A program made the position numbers and the translations under genes. Source: Rhizaria sp. SCN 62-66 (taxonomy: Eukaryota). Taken from it: a stretch of 32,642 nt of DNA. The stretch lies in the NCBI GenBank assembly GCA_001724265.1, contig MEDY01000338.1, positions 1 to 32,642 of the forward strand, read 5' to 3'. Under the pieces are notes generated by a model. That model was not told where the DNA came from and ran no database searches. It saw only the letters and a program-made list of their open reading frames with translations. How positions within the stretch are numbered: position 1 is the first letter of the stretch; each line of letters opens with the position of its first letter. This document shows, piece by piece, positions 19,763-29,698 of this stretch.

Positions 19763-22700
19763 TCACGACTGCGCCGAGCCCTGCCTGTGCCTCTGCGCCA
19801 CCCCCAGCCCCAGTCCAGTCCGCTGCCCCTGTCGCTCACTGTGCTGGCCCGGTGCAATCCCCAGTCCGCGGCCGTTTGAGCGCGCGCCGCCAGTCGAGGT
19901 CCCCGCCCGCCGCGGGCTCTGGGAAGCTCTGTGGGCACCGCTCTGATGGGCAACGCTCTGCGCCACGCCTGTGACGCCCAGAGCGTCAACAGGGCCGGGA
20001 GCGCTCGACGTGGGGCCCACAGAGCCCGCGGGGCCTGCAAACGAGTAGCCGTGCAGGAACGCGGCCGCGGCGGCCGAATCAACCGCATAGGGCAAAAGTA
20101 GCGGCAGTCCTGAGGAGCCACGCGCCGAGCCCGGGCCCGGCGACTGCGAGATCGACTGAGAGGTTTTGATGCGGTGGGATGACATGAAGCCTTTGCCGGC
20201 GCCACGCCCGCCGCGATTGTCAATTGCGCTCTCGCCGCCGAAAGCGCTGCTGAAGGCTCCGTTTCCGCCCATGTTGCCATTATTGCTGCTGTTGCCGTTA
20301 TCAATGCTCGAAGGGTCGACGACGACGAGGCGCCCGCCCTGACTCACCAGCATCGGGCCTGCGGGCCCCTCAGCACTAAAAGCAGAGGCGGGAGCTGAAG
20401 CGGGGGACTGTTGCTGCAGCAGCTGTTGTTGGCGGGACCGCATCAGACCGACGCCGGCCCCGCGCGACACAGACGCGGCCGCCGCAGCCGCCGCAGCAGC
20501 AGCGACAGCCGCGGGATCCGCGCCCGCGCCTGGGCCGGCGTCGGAGGATAGCGTGAGCGTGCGCGCCTGGACTGCAGTCGCGGCCTGAGCCTGTGCGCGC
20601 AGCGGTGCGGCGGCCAACGCGGCCCACGACACAGTGCCCGTGCCGGGGTTCAAAGTTAGGCCGCCGAGCGCGCCGAGACTGCCGCGACTCATGCTGCCGC
20701 GAGCGCTGCTCAGCGCGGGGCTCGTGGTGCTCAGGGCAGGACTGGCGCTCGCTCCGGTGTTGCTTGCAGTCGTGAGCGGGAACAAAGAGCTGTGGCTGTG
20801 GCCGGGGTAACCGTGGTGCCCGTGACTTTGATTATAACCGTGGGCGTGAGCGTTCAGCGGCGGCAGCATTGCGGGATGCTGTCCCCACGCGGTGCCAGTC
20901 ATACCTGCGTTCACAGCAGCCGTCCCAGTGCCAGCGCCAGCGCCAGTGTCTCCAGTGCCAGCGCCAGTACCCGCCAGCGTGGCCGCAGTGGCAGACCGCG
21001 CCGCCGCGACCGCAGCGGCGGTGGCCGTGGCCGCGGCGACCGCGAGCGCGGCCTGGCGCGCCGGCGGCAGCGGCGCGGGGGACAGCGCGCCCGGCGTGCG
21101 GTGCCAGTGCGGCGCCACCGCGGCGGGCGGCGGCGGCGGCGGCGCGGAGAACGCGGAGAGCGGGGCCGTTGCCGGCGGAGGGCACTGCGCGGTCGGCACG
21201 GGCAGCGGCGGGCGGTGAGTGGAACGCAAGGGGTACTCGAGACCTGTGATGGGGCCACTCACTAAAACGGTTTGCGCGGGCTCTGCACCGTCGTCGGCGC
21301 AGTCGTTGTCGCCTTCATCGTGAAAGTGAGGGTGATTATGCGCCGTGTGAGAATCTTGCGCCGACGCCGTGGTGTAAGGGGCGAGCTCGCGGTCGCCGGC
21401 GGCCAGCGTCTCGACCACCGTCGCGACCAGAGCGGCGGCCTCTCTTGACAACGACGACTGCTGCGGCGGCGGCTGTCGTACACTGCGCATTGTCCCAGTG
21501 CTGTCAGCGGAGACAGAGAGGCCTGAGAGGGAAGCTGAGGTGGACAGAGGCAGTGCCAGAGACTGCTGAGGGACAATGTGCGAGTGCGGCTGCGAGAGCA
21601 ACAGTGACTGGCCGCGAGCGCGGCCGGCTGAATTCGGCACAGTCATCGACAGCCCCTGGGTCTGCGCCTGGGTCTGCGTCTGCGAGTGCAAGAGCGAGTG
21701 CGGCATCGACTGCGACATCGACTGCGACATCGACTGCGAGAGTGACTGCGAGAGTGACTGCGCGCTGCTGTTCGGCAGCATCTGTGGGTTCCCGTGGAGA
21801 ATGGCAGCCGACGTGAGAGTGCGCCTCAGGACCCCTGTCGCGCCCGCCGCATCCGCGCCTTCGCCGTACGGGTCCACAAGCCCCATAAAGTGACTGCTCA
21901 CGGCCACCGGCAGCGGCAGCGCGCTCATGATCGCAGTTTCACTCGCCGTCGCAGGCAGCGGCAAGGGCAATGAAGCTGACAATGCAGAGCCGTTGAACCC
22001 GCCGTCACCGCCAGTGCGCATCAGCTGCTGCTGTTGTTGTGGCTGCGGCCCTGCAGTTGCAGCGCCCCCACGGTTGCCCGCAGGATACGGCCCCTGGGGC
22101 CGCGGATCGACTTGACCCCGCAGCGCCGCCGCCAGCAGCAGCGACTCAAGCGGACGCCGCCGCACCACGCCCGCGGGCTCCGGCAGCGGCGCCGGCGCGG
22201 AAACCGGCGTCGGAGCAAATGCGGGGGCTGTTGCGGGAGCAGCTGCTTCGAAGGGAGTCATGGTTGAGAATATGGAGGTGTCAGAGGCGTTTTCAGCGTC
22301 GGCATCGTTGTTATCGTTGTCCCCAACGTCGTTGGTGTTATTCGGGGAGTCCGCATCGTTAACCGTTGCATTTGCAGCACGAAAATGAACTTCGCTGTTG
22401 CCGTGCGCGGGCGTGGGCTGCGCACTCTGCGCAGTGCTGTGCGCACCGCTTTGCGGCCCACTCGGAGGCGAGACAACAACGCCCCACGGAGCAAATACAC
22501 CGGCGTTGAGGCTCGTCGCCGTCATTGCAGCATCTCCACTCTCCGGATCCTTAGAGTTAGCTCTTGGGCTCGCGGCGTTGCTCGATTCCATGTCAGACAT
22601 GGACACGGCTTGACTTTCGTACACCGCGGCAAAGATGGGCGACACGTGCGCGAGCGAGGACCGGCGGCGCGTGTGTCTACCCACGACGTGTCTCAGACTG

Positions 22701-25321
22701 CCACTATCCCCGCCATTCGCGCTGTTGTCCGCAGCAGCGGCAGCGGCGGCGTGAGCGGTGTCAAGCGCAAGAGGAATAGGGTTGTTGGCGAGGGAGTGCG
22801 TCTGCGAGAGCGCGGACGGCGCCGATAAGTCCGTCTGTGACGCGTGTTGCGACTGCAAGAGAGACCGCGACTGCGACATCGACAGCGAGGGTTGCTGTGA
22901 CAGCTGCGGCTGCTCCGTAGCAGAGGAGAGGTCCGGCCGCGACAGCTCCGAGTTCAGCATCGCGACGCTGCTGCCGTGGCCGTACGCGCGCGCGTACAGC
23001 TGCCCCTGGCCTATGCCTTGGTCCTGGCCCTGGCCCTGTTCAGGCTGAGACAGTTCTGGAAAGGAGAGATCGGGCGGCAAAAAGTTGCGCAACTGCGACT
23101 GTGCTTGTCCCGGCGGCGCAAGCAACGGCGCTGGCGGCGACGGCGACGGCGACGGCGACGGTGAGGACGAGCACGACCGCGGCAGCGAATGTGCGTGTGC
23201 AAGATCAGGGCGAGACATGTCGATCAGAGAGCGGCCCACGGTCGCCACACTCAGTGCCCCAGAGCCGTCAGTCATCTCGCTGTCCGTGGCCGCAGCTGAG
23301 CCCTCGGTAATCGAGCGCAGCTGCGGCGGCGGGGGCGACTCCAGCGCGCGCCCCGGCAGCGGCAGAAACGGAAGGTCTGGCAGTGCGCCATCATCCACAT
23401 CATCATAACCACGGTCGCCGGTATCGTTGTTGTTGTTGCTGCTGTTGTTATTATAAGCGCCGAGCCCAGGGCTCGCGGCACTGTTGCGCGCTGCAGCGCC
23501 CGTGGGCGTAAAGCCGAGCGTACTGTGCGACCGCGGGCCCACAAGCTCTCTCGCATTCTCTCTCGCTGTCGCAGTCGCGTTGAGGCTCGCGGCATCGGTG
23601 GCGAGCCACAGCGTCGCGTCGCTCGAGTGCGGCAGTGACGCGGTCGCCAGGCCAACGCCGGGTGAGACACTGGACGCGGACGTGATGCTCTGCGCGGCCA
23701 GTCCCGGCGTCGGCCCCGGTGAACTTCCCGGTGTGGCCCACGGCGTCGTGGCGGGCGTTGATGTCTCGGGCGTGGGAGCGCGGTAAAAGTGGCTGTTGCC
23801 GCGGCTGAGCATGGCCCCAATGCCGTCCGCGTCGGCGTCCTCGTCCTCGTCGCCGCTCGCGGCTGCGTCGGCATCGAATGCCACTGCGGAAGCGGTGACC
23901 CCGGCGGGGGCAGCGGCAGCGGCAGCGGCCTCAGCGTCGGCGTCGGTTTCTGTGACTTCTTTGTGCGCGTCAAGGGGCCCACGCGCTTGCGTCGCGCTGT
24001 AAAACGAACTCGCATCACCGGCGCGCAGCGCGCTGTTCACGTTGCTCGCCGTAATCGCGCTATTGCCGCTGCGGAGTGGGAGCGAGATTGCAGCCATGGG
24101 CGGCGTGGGAAGGGTGTCAGGCATCGGCATCAGCGCCCAGCCAAAGCCGCTCGCGCCGACGGCGCCACTGGAACTGCCGCTGCTAGCGTCTACGATCGCT
24201 GCGTTAGAGTCGCTGCTCATTTGCACTCCTGCTGCATTCTTGCCGGGAGTGCCTGTTGTCGTCGCAGCCGCAGTTGAAGTCGCAGCGGTAGTTGTCGCAG
24301 CAGCGCTCGGTGCCGCCGGCGTCGTCGTCACGGCAGTCTGAGAGCGCACGCGCGGCGCGGCGCCCGACGCGAACGCGAGGCCAGAAGTCGCGGGCGCAGC
24401 TGTGAGAGAGGCGGGCGGGCGCGCGGGCGGCGCCGACAGGGGCAGCGTCATCGGTGACTGAGAGCTGTGAGGCTGCAGATGCGGCGACAGCGGAGACGAC
24501 AGCAGGGACGGCTGCTGCTGCTTCTGCGTCGCGGAACCCAGCGGCAGCGCGGGAAACAGCGCCAGCACGCGCGCCACCAGACAACCCAGCGCGTGCGCGT
24601 GCGAGTGACCGTGAGCACCATGCGTTCCGTGCGTCCCGTGCGCACTGTGGCCACTGCTCTGCACGCGGCTGAGGCGGAGCGCGCCGGGCGAGCGCTCGAG
24701 CCGTCCCGTCGCGCCGTCGAGGAAGCCCATCAGTGGGCCGTGCTGCGAGCACTCGAGGTGCGCCAACGGCAGCAACGCCTGCGCTTGCGCCTGCGCTTGC
24801 GCCTGTTGCTGCGCCTGCTGCTGCTGTTGCTGCAGTTGCGCCTGTGAGTGCGAGCGCGACAGCGAGCGTGATAAGGAGCGCGACAATGAAAGCGACAGGG
24901 ACGGCGACGGCGAGCGTGAGGACGAGTGTTGTGACGACGGTGACGACGGCGCACGCGCTAGCGGCACAGGTTGACTGGGCGCGAACGCGGGAGTCGCGGG
25001 GGAGCCACCGGCTACAGCGGCGGTGGCGGTACCAGAGACGGACCGGACAGGCGAGCCCGCGACAAGCGCAAGAGGCGACTGCGGGCCCAATGACTGTGAA
25101 TGTAACTGTGACTGGGACTGCGAATGTGGCTGTAACTGCCGCGGGCTGAGCGGCTGCTGCGAGGCGTGGAGCCGCGCCGACAGCGGCGAGGGCGGGCGCG
25201 GCGGCTGCGCCAGGGGCCGGTGCAGCGACACAAACTGGACCTGCTGCTGCTCCTGCTGCTGTTGCTGTTGTTGTTGCTGGCGTTGGGGGATGTGCTGCTG
25301 AAACTGCGACTGCGAGACTGA
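19763..25321 (-). CDS. Downstream part of a giant low-complexity, probably disordered protein (Ser/Ala/Gln/Pro-rich); no recognisable domain
   Basis: The frame is open from 25321 to the TGA at 19763-19765, with composition like the neighbouring genes. It has no ATG near its 5' end (the track start at 25231 is GTG). It is in frame with the upstream ORF and separated from it only by the TAG at 25322-25324. Confidence 0.65.
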   Translation of the reverse strand, partial: SVSQSQFQQHIPQRQQQQQQQQQEQQQVQFVSLHRPLAQPPRPPSPLSARLHASQQPLSPRQLQPHSQSQSQLHSQSLGPQSPLALVAGSPVRSVSGTATAAVAGGSPATPAFAPSQPVPLARAPSSPSSQHSSSRSPSPSLSLSLSRSLSRSLSRSHSQAQLQQQQQQAQQQAQAQAQAQALLPLAHLECSQHGPLMGFLDGATGRLERSPGALRLSRVQSSGHSAHGTHGTHGAHGHSHAHALGCLVARVLALFPALPLGSATQKQQQPSLLSSPLSPHLQPHSSQSPMTLPLSAPPARPPASLTAAPATSGLAFASGAAPRVRSQTAVTTTPAAPSAAATTTAATSTAAATTTGTPGKNAAGVQMSSDSNAAIVDASSGSSSGAVGASGFGWALMPMPDTLPTPPMAAISLPLRSGNSAITASNVNSALRAGDASSFYSATQARGPLDAHKEVTETDADAEAAAAAAAPAGVTASAVAFDADAAASGDEDEDADADGIGAMLSRGNSHFYRAPTPETSTPATTPWATPGSSPGPTPGLAAQSITSASSVSPGVGLATASLPHSSDATLWLATDAASLNATATARENARELVGPRSHSTLGFTPTGAAARNSAASPGLGAYNNNSSNNNNDTGDRGYDDVDDGALPDLPFLPLPGRALESPPPPQLRSITEGSAAATDSEMTDGSGALSVATVGRSLIDMSRPDLAHAHSLPRSCSSSPSPSPSPSPPAPLLAPPGQAQSQLRNFLPPDLSFPELSQPEQGQGQDQGIGQGQLYARAYGHGSSVAMLNSELSRPDLSSATEQPQLSQQPSLSMSQSRSLLQSQHASQTDLSAPSALSQTHSLANNPIPLALDTAHAAAAAAADNSANGGDSGSLRHVVGRHTRRRSSLAHVSPIFAAVYESQAVSMSDMESSNAASPRANSKDPESGDAAMTATSLNAGVFAPWGVVVSPPSGPQSGAHSTAQSAQPTPAHGNSEVHFRAANATVNDADSPNNTNDVGDNDNNDADAENASDTSIFSTMTPFEAAAPATAPAFAPTPVSAPAPLPEPAGVVRRRPLESLLLAAALRGQVDPRPQGPYPAGNRGGAATAGPQPQQQQQLMRTGGDGGFNGSALSASLPLPLPATASETAIMSALPLPVAVSSHFMGLVDPYGEGADAAGATGVLRRTLTSAAILHGNPQMLPNSSAQSLSQSLSQSMSQSMSQSMPHSLLHSQTQTQAQTQGLSMTVPNSAGRARGQSLLLSQPHSHIVPQQSLALPLSTSASLSGLSVSADSTGTMRSVRQPPPQQSSLSREAAALVATVVETLAAGDRELAPYTTASAQDSHTAHNHPHFHDEGDNDCADDGAEPAQTVLVSGPITGLEYPLRSTHRPPLPVPTAQCPPPATAPLSAFSAPPPPPPAAVAPHWHRTPGALSPAPLPPARQAALAVAAATATAAAVAAARSATAATLAGTGAGTGDTGAGAGTGTAAVNAGMTGTAWGQHPAMLPPLNAHAHGYNQSHGHHGYPGHSHSSLFPLTTASNTGASASPALSTTSPALSSARGSMSRGSLGALGGLTLNPGTGTVSWAALAAAPLRAQAQAATAVQARTLTLSSDAGPGAGADPAAVAAAAAAAAAASVSRGAGVGLMRSRQQQLLQQQSPASAPASAFSAEGPAGPMLVSQGGRLVVVDPSSIDNGNSSNNGNMGGNGAFSSAFGGESAIDNRGGRGAGKGFMSSHRIKTSQSISQSPGPGSARGSSGLPLLLPYAVDSAAAAAFLHGYSFAGPAGSVGPTSSAPGPVDALGVTGVAQSVAHQSGAHRASQSPRRAGTSTGGARSNGRGLGIAPGQHSERQGQRTGLGLGVAQRHRQGSAQS
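21704..21762. repeat. 12-nt tandem repeat (about 5 copies) encoding QSLS/QSMS
   Basis: catcgactgcga x3 followed by gagtgactgcga variants; protein QSLSQSLSQSMSQSMSQSMP. Confidence 0.8.
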
Positions 25322-28300
25322 CTATGAAAGTGACAACGACTGTGAGCCGGAGTAACGGTCGTGACTCTCCTCACCTTCCTCGGGTAAGTGACCGAGCGCG
25401 CCGCCATCTAAGTACCCCTGTCGCGCATCTAAGTTCTCAGGGCCGTGACTATTGCCAGAGCTGGCGCCGCCGGAGCTCGTGAACCACCCGTCGCGCGGTG
25501 TCTTGATCTCGGTGTGTGCCGCTGCTGCCGGGGTCTTGGCCTTCGCAGTCCCGTGCGTCACCGTCGCCGCCTTGCGCCGCGGGCTACGACTGCGTCCGCG
25601 CGCGCTCCTGTCATTTCCGTTACCGTTGCCGTTGCCGTTGGCGTCGTCGGCGTCCTCGAGCCCGAGACTGGTGCCGGCGGCGGTCGCCATGGTGCCCACG
25701 CGGCCCCGCGCCGCGCGCACTGCGGCGCCGCCGGCCGCCGCGGAGGCCGTGGCGCCCGCGGCCAGCGCGGCGCCGACCACGGCCAGCGCGGCGGCCACAG
25801 CGGCCGCGGCCTCGAGCCGCACAGGCTGCCGCGCCAGATGCTCTGTGTGCCGCACTGAGGCGACGCGCGGGACCTGTGTCAGCGCCAGCGCCCCGCCGTC
25901 GGCGCCGCCGGGGCCCGGGCCAGCCGCAGCGGCGGCAGCGGCGGCGGAGGTGGCAGCGGGAGCGGTGGCGCCGTCGCGGGCGGTGGCGCGCGACTCGCTG
26001 CGGCTGCTGTTCAGAGCGCCACCAGCGGCGGCGTCGTCGTCGCTGTTGACTGCGGTGTCGTCGCCGTGGCTGTGGCCGAACCCGGGGAACGGAACGGATA
26101 AACTTGCGGCGTTGCTGCTCGAGGCGCGCGGGCGCAGGCGCGGGCGGCTCAGTGACGGCGACAGCGCGCCGCCGTTGAGAGACACATCGTCGGTTTCGCC
26201 AGCGGCGACGGCGGCGGCGCGGCGCTTGTCCAAGTCTACGTACCCATCGTACGTCGCGACCAAGTAGCCCGCGCGCGCGAGGTGACTGTGCCGCTGCTGC
26301 TGCGCGCGCTGCTGCTGCAGCCCCTGCTCCTGCAGCTTCGCGTACGCGTTGGCTGCGATCTGCGTCGCCGCCGCCAGCGCGCTCGCCCGCGCGCGCCGCA
26401 GGTTCGCCGCGGTCACGCCGCCCGCGTTCGCGCCCGCGCCCGCAGCAGCAGCACCCGCGGCGACGCCCGCGCCCGCGCCGTGAGCGTGAGCGTGTGCGTG
26501 AGTGAGCGTTGTGACCGACTTGGCGCCGGCGACCGCGGGCAGCAGCGGGGGCGGCGCAGCAACGGTGAGGTCGACCCCGCCGCTGCCGCCGCCCACGGTC
26601 ACGGTGCCGCTGCCAGAGACCGTGGCCGTGGAGATCGAGTCCACGGCGCCAAGCGCGTTGAGCCCGAGGCCGCTTCCTCTTCCGTCCGAAGCACTGGAGC
26701 CGCCATCGGTGCCTGCCGTCGCAGCCGCGCCGGCTCCATCGCCGCCCGCTCCCGCCGTCCCCGCTGCCGCCGCCGCGGCCGCTGCGTCTGCGCTGGCGAT
26801 GGCGCGTCTCGCGGCGGCGTTGTCGCGCGCCGTCGCGGCGGCGGCGGTGGCGGTGGCCGCGGCGGCTGTCAGCAGGCGCGCGCGCGTGCGGTGCTGGCTT
26901 GTCTCTGTGCGGCGCAGCGGCGCGCCCAGCGCGCGCGCGTGCGTGGGGACGCCGGCCATGCCGACGGTGCCCGCAGACGACAGCGAGCCGGTCAGCCTAA
27001 GAGACGATGCCGCTGCCGTTGAGACTCTCGCTGAGGCCGACGATGACGCCGAGCCAGATGAGGTCGAGGGGCGGCCTGACTTTGAGGGAGACGCAGCCGT
27101 GGGGACGGAGACGGTGACGCGCATTGGCACGTACGCGCCAGCGCTGTCGACTATGACACCAGTGTTTCCGCTGATATTATTGTTCGTCAGTGAGAGCGAC
27201 GCTTGAGGGTCTTCGATCATATAAGCGCCTGAGCTGTACGTCGCACCGAACAAACTCACCTGCTTGCGGCCGTCACTATCAACATTAGCGCCGGCAACAG
27301 CCGGGTCGAAGTCAGTCGCACCGAACGTGTTGTTGCTGTTGTTGCCGTTCGCGAGGCCGTCGAGCTCGATTTGGCGCATACGCTGTTGGCGCAGCTGCTG
27401 TTGCAACAGAGCCAGCTGCCGCTGCCGCTCCTGCTCCTGCTCGAACGCCTGGAAGCTGCGGCTTAACTTCCGCACGCGCGCAGAGTCACCCGCAGACGCG
27501 GCGCCTGCGCCGTGATTTGCCGCCGTGGATGGGGGAACGACGATGACGACGCCGCGGCACCGAGCTAGCGACTCGTGACCATGCGTTCCCGTTGTTGTCG
27601 GCGCTGGCGCCGATGAGAGAATTGCGCGAGGGTACGTGCCCTTGGTGCTGTGGGAGCCGAGAAGGTGCGCCACCTCCTCAGACAGGCCCTGGGCCGAGCC
27701 CAGACCCCCGGCACCGCTGCTACAAACAGGCGCTGCCGCGACTGATGTCGCAGCGCCGACGAGTGCAGTCGTCGCTGCGGCCGGCGCCGCGGCCAAGCTT
27801 CCAGCTGTCGCCGCTGAGACTGCTGGGGCGGGGGGCCACAGCGGCTCTGTTCGCGAGCAGCGCGACTGCGCCTGCATCTGCGGCTGTGTTTGATAGCGCT
27901 CAGTCGACTCGGGATCAGACTGGTAAAGCTGTAGCTGCTGCTGCTGCTGCTGTGGCTGCTGTTGGCAAGAGCAGCAGAAAGGGCAAAGAGAAACCCCTCC
28001 AGCCACTGCATCAGAAGCAGTACCATCATGATCGTGGTTGTGAATGTGGCCGTGACCGTGAGCTTCGTTGGCTGCATTTGATAGCACCAACAGTGCAGAC
28101 AGGAGTTCGTTCACTTTACTATCGCGTGCAGAGCCAGAAAAGCCGCTGCTCACAGTCACCACATCATCATCATCATCGCCATCGCCACCGTCACCGTTGT
28201 TAGAGTCGCCGTCGTCGCCGATGTCGTTGCGGTCATTCGCGGCAGAGCCGATGCTGAGGGCATCAGCGTCGGCTTCATGATCCTCACAAGTCTCTGTCAG

Positions 28301-29698
28301 CGCATTACCGGCGTCGTTGTGAGCGCCAGCGGTGTAAGTGCCGCGACGCGAAGCCTTCGCCCCTGACCGCAGACCAGTGTAACTAGCACTGCTGCTCAGG
28401 CCGCTCTTGTTGTTGTTGTTGCAGCTCGAGCCCGTCACCACCGCTTTGACGCGCTGCGGCGTCGTCGCGGCTGCAACTGGGTTCGCCGCGGGGTGGGCCG
28501 CGGCGGGCACGGAAGGGCTCGGCATGGCCAGGGCCCAGGCGATGGCGGGGTGCGCCGCCAGGGGGGGCGGGCCGCTGCCCACGGTCGCTGGGGCAATGCT
28601 GTTTTCAGTGACGAGAGTGACTGCCTTGGAGCTGGTCGTGGAATGCAAGGGCTCTGCTGCTGTTGCGCCCACAGGTGCAGTCCCAGGCGCAGTGACGGAC
28701 TCAGCCGCAGGCGCAACTGCAGAGGATGACGTGGGCATTGTGAAAGTCGGTGCTGTCATTGTTACAGTCTGGGATTGCGTTGATAACAACGAAGATAATA
28801 TTGTCTCTGCTGCTGCCGCGGTCGTCGCTCCTGCTGCCGTCTGCGTCTGTGTCTTTGTCTTTGCTTGAGACTTGGTCTTTGATTGTGCATGTGACTGAGC
28901 CTGCGCCTGTAAAAGAGTTTGCTTGAAATTGACCCGCGGCGGGTGCAGTGGCTGGATGAAGGCGCGCGCGTAGGCGGGGGCCAGTGCGGTGCCAGACAAC
29001 TGCGAGTGTAGCCGAGATTGCGACTGCGCCTGCGCAAGTGATGATGAAGACGATGATGCAGAATACATCGACGCAGAAGAAGCACTGGCGGCCGTGGCGG
29101 CGGTAGTCGCGCCAACGCCAGCGCTTAGATAACTGTTCCTGTTATTATTGCTACGATTGCTGCTGCTGCTGCTGCTGCTGTTGCTGCTGCTGTTGCCGTT
29201 GCCATTGCGAGGCGTGACAGAGAAAGAACTTGCATCGAGCGCGACCACAGGCGGCGGCGGCGGCAGCAGCAACGGAGTCGCCAGATGCGGCGGCAGGGTT
29301 GGGCCAGCCGCAGCGCCACTGTGGGCGTGGCTGTGACCGTGACCCTGATTGAGAGCCTTGTTGCGAACTGGGGGATTGGCAACAACAACTTCGGTTGGCG
29401 CTGTCACTGCCGCAGCCGCAGTCGTTGTCGTCCTGCTGCTCGTGCGGGAGCTCACAGTCACGGCCTCGCGGGTCTGAACGCGCGTGACGGCCTCGTATGA
29501 GTCTGTTGAGGCGACTGCGAGCTCGCGTTGCGCACACACAGAGGCGGCGACTGCGACTGGAGCGGGGGCCAGGGCGGGCGCGAACTGCGGCGGGGCAGGA
29601 GCGGAAACGCGGTACGACGGGGCCGGGATAACAGTGCCCGCTGGACGCGGTCGTGCCACGCCGTTCGCGCCGACCTTGGGCGCAATGCGCATGTCCAT
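25322..29698 (-). CDS. Upstream part of the same giant low-complexity protein (combined 29698..19763, 3311 codons if the TAG is decoded)
   Basis: Long open frame with the first ATG at 29698 (MDMRIAPK), preceded by AT-rich sequence. Rich in Ala/Ser/Thr/Gln with HGHSH and QSQ tracts and one CPFCCSC motif. No AT-rich UTR follows the TAG. Confidence 0.65.
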   Translation of the reverse strand: MDMRIAPKVGANGVARPRPAGTVIPAPSYRVSAPAPPQFAPALAPAPVAVAASVCAQRELAVASTDSYEAVTRVQTREAVTVSSRTSSRTTTTAAAAVTAPTEVVVANPPVRNKALNQGHGHSHAHSGAAAGPTLPPHLATPLLLPPPPPVVALDASSFSVTPRNGNGNSSSNSSSSSSSNRSNNNRNSYLSAGVGATTAATAASASSASMYSASSSSSSLAQAQSQSRLHSQLSGTALAPAYARAFIQPLHPPRVNFKQTLLQAQAQSHAQSKTKSQAKTKTQTQTAAGATTAAAAETILSSLLSTQSQTVTMTAPTFTMPTSSSAVAPAAESVTAPGTAPVGATAAEPLHSTTSSKAVTLVTENSIAPATVGSGPPPLAAHPAIAWALAMPSPSVPAAAHPAANPVAAATTPQRVKAVVTGSSCNNNNKSGLSSSASYTGLRSGAKASRRGTYTAGAHNDAGNALTETCEDHEADADALSIGSAANDRNDIGDDGDSNNGDGGDGDDDDDVVTVSSGFSGSARDSKVNELLSALLVLSNAANEAHGHGHIHNHDHDGTASDAVAGGVSLCPFCCSCQQQPQQQQQQLQLYQSDPESTERYQTQPQMQAQSRCSRTEPLWPPAPAVSAATAGSLAAAPAAATTALVGAATSVAAAPVCSSGAGGLGSAQGLSEEVAHLLGSHSTKGTYPRAILSSAPAPTTTGTHGHESLARCRGVVIVVPPSTAANHGAGAASAGDSARVRKLSRSFQAFEQEQERQRQLALLQQQLRQQRMRQIELDGLANGNNSNNTFGATDFDPAVAGANVDSDGRKQVSLFGATYSSGAYMIEDPQASLSLTNNNISGNTGVIVDSAGAYVPMRVTVSVPTAASPSKSGRPSTSSGSASSSASARVSTAAASSLRLTGSLSSAGTVGMAGVPTHARALGAPLRRTETSQHRTRARLLTAAAATATAAAATARDNAAARRAIASADAAAAAAAAGTAGAGGDGAGAAATAGTDGGSSASDGRGSGLGLNALGAVDSISTATVSGSGTVTVGGGSGGVDLTVAAPPPLLPAVAGAKSVTTLTHAHAHAHGAGAGVAAGAAAAGAGANAGGVTAANLRRARASALAAATQIAANAYAKLQEQGLQQQRAQQQRHSHLARAGYLVATYDGYVDLDKRRAAAVAAGETDDVSLNGGALSPSLSRPRLRPRASSSNAASLSVPFPGFGHSHGDDTAVNSDDDAAAGGALNSSRSESRATARDGATAPAATSAAAAAAAAGPGPGGADGGALALTQVPRVASVRHTEHLARQPVRLEAAAAVAAALAVVGAALAAGATASAAAGGAAVRAARGRVGTMATAAGTSLGLEDADDANGNGNGNGNDRSARGRSRSPRRKAATVTHGTAKAKTPAAAAHTEIKTPRDGWFTSSGGASSGNSHGPENLDARQGYLDGGALGHLPEEGEESHDRYSGSQSLSLS

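Noticed and set aside
19736..19765. TGA followed in frame by QQERTKTE-TAA, hinting at UGA readthrough
   Set aside because: Only eight extra codons, which is unremarkable by chance. The TGA at 30244 is followed by UTR-like sequence, so TGA appears to be a normal stop.
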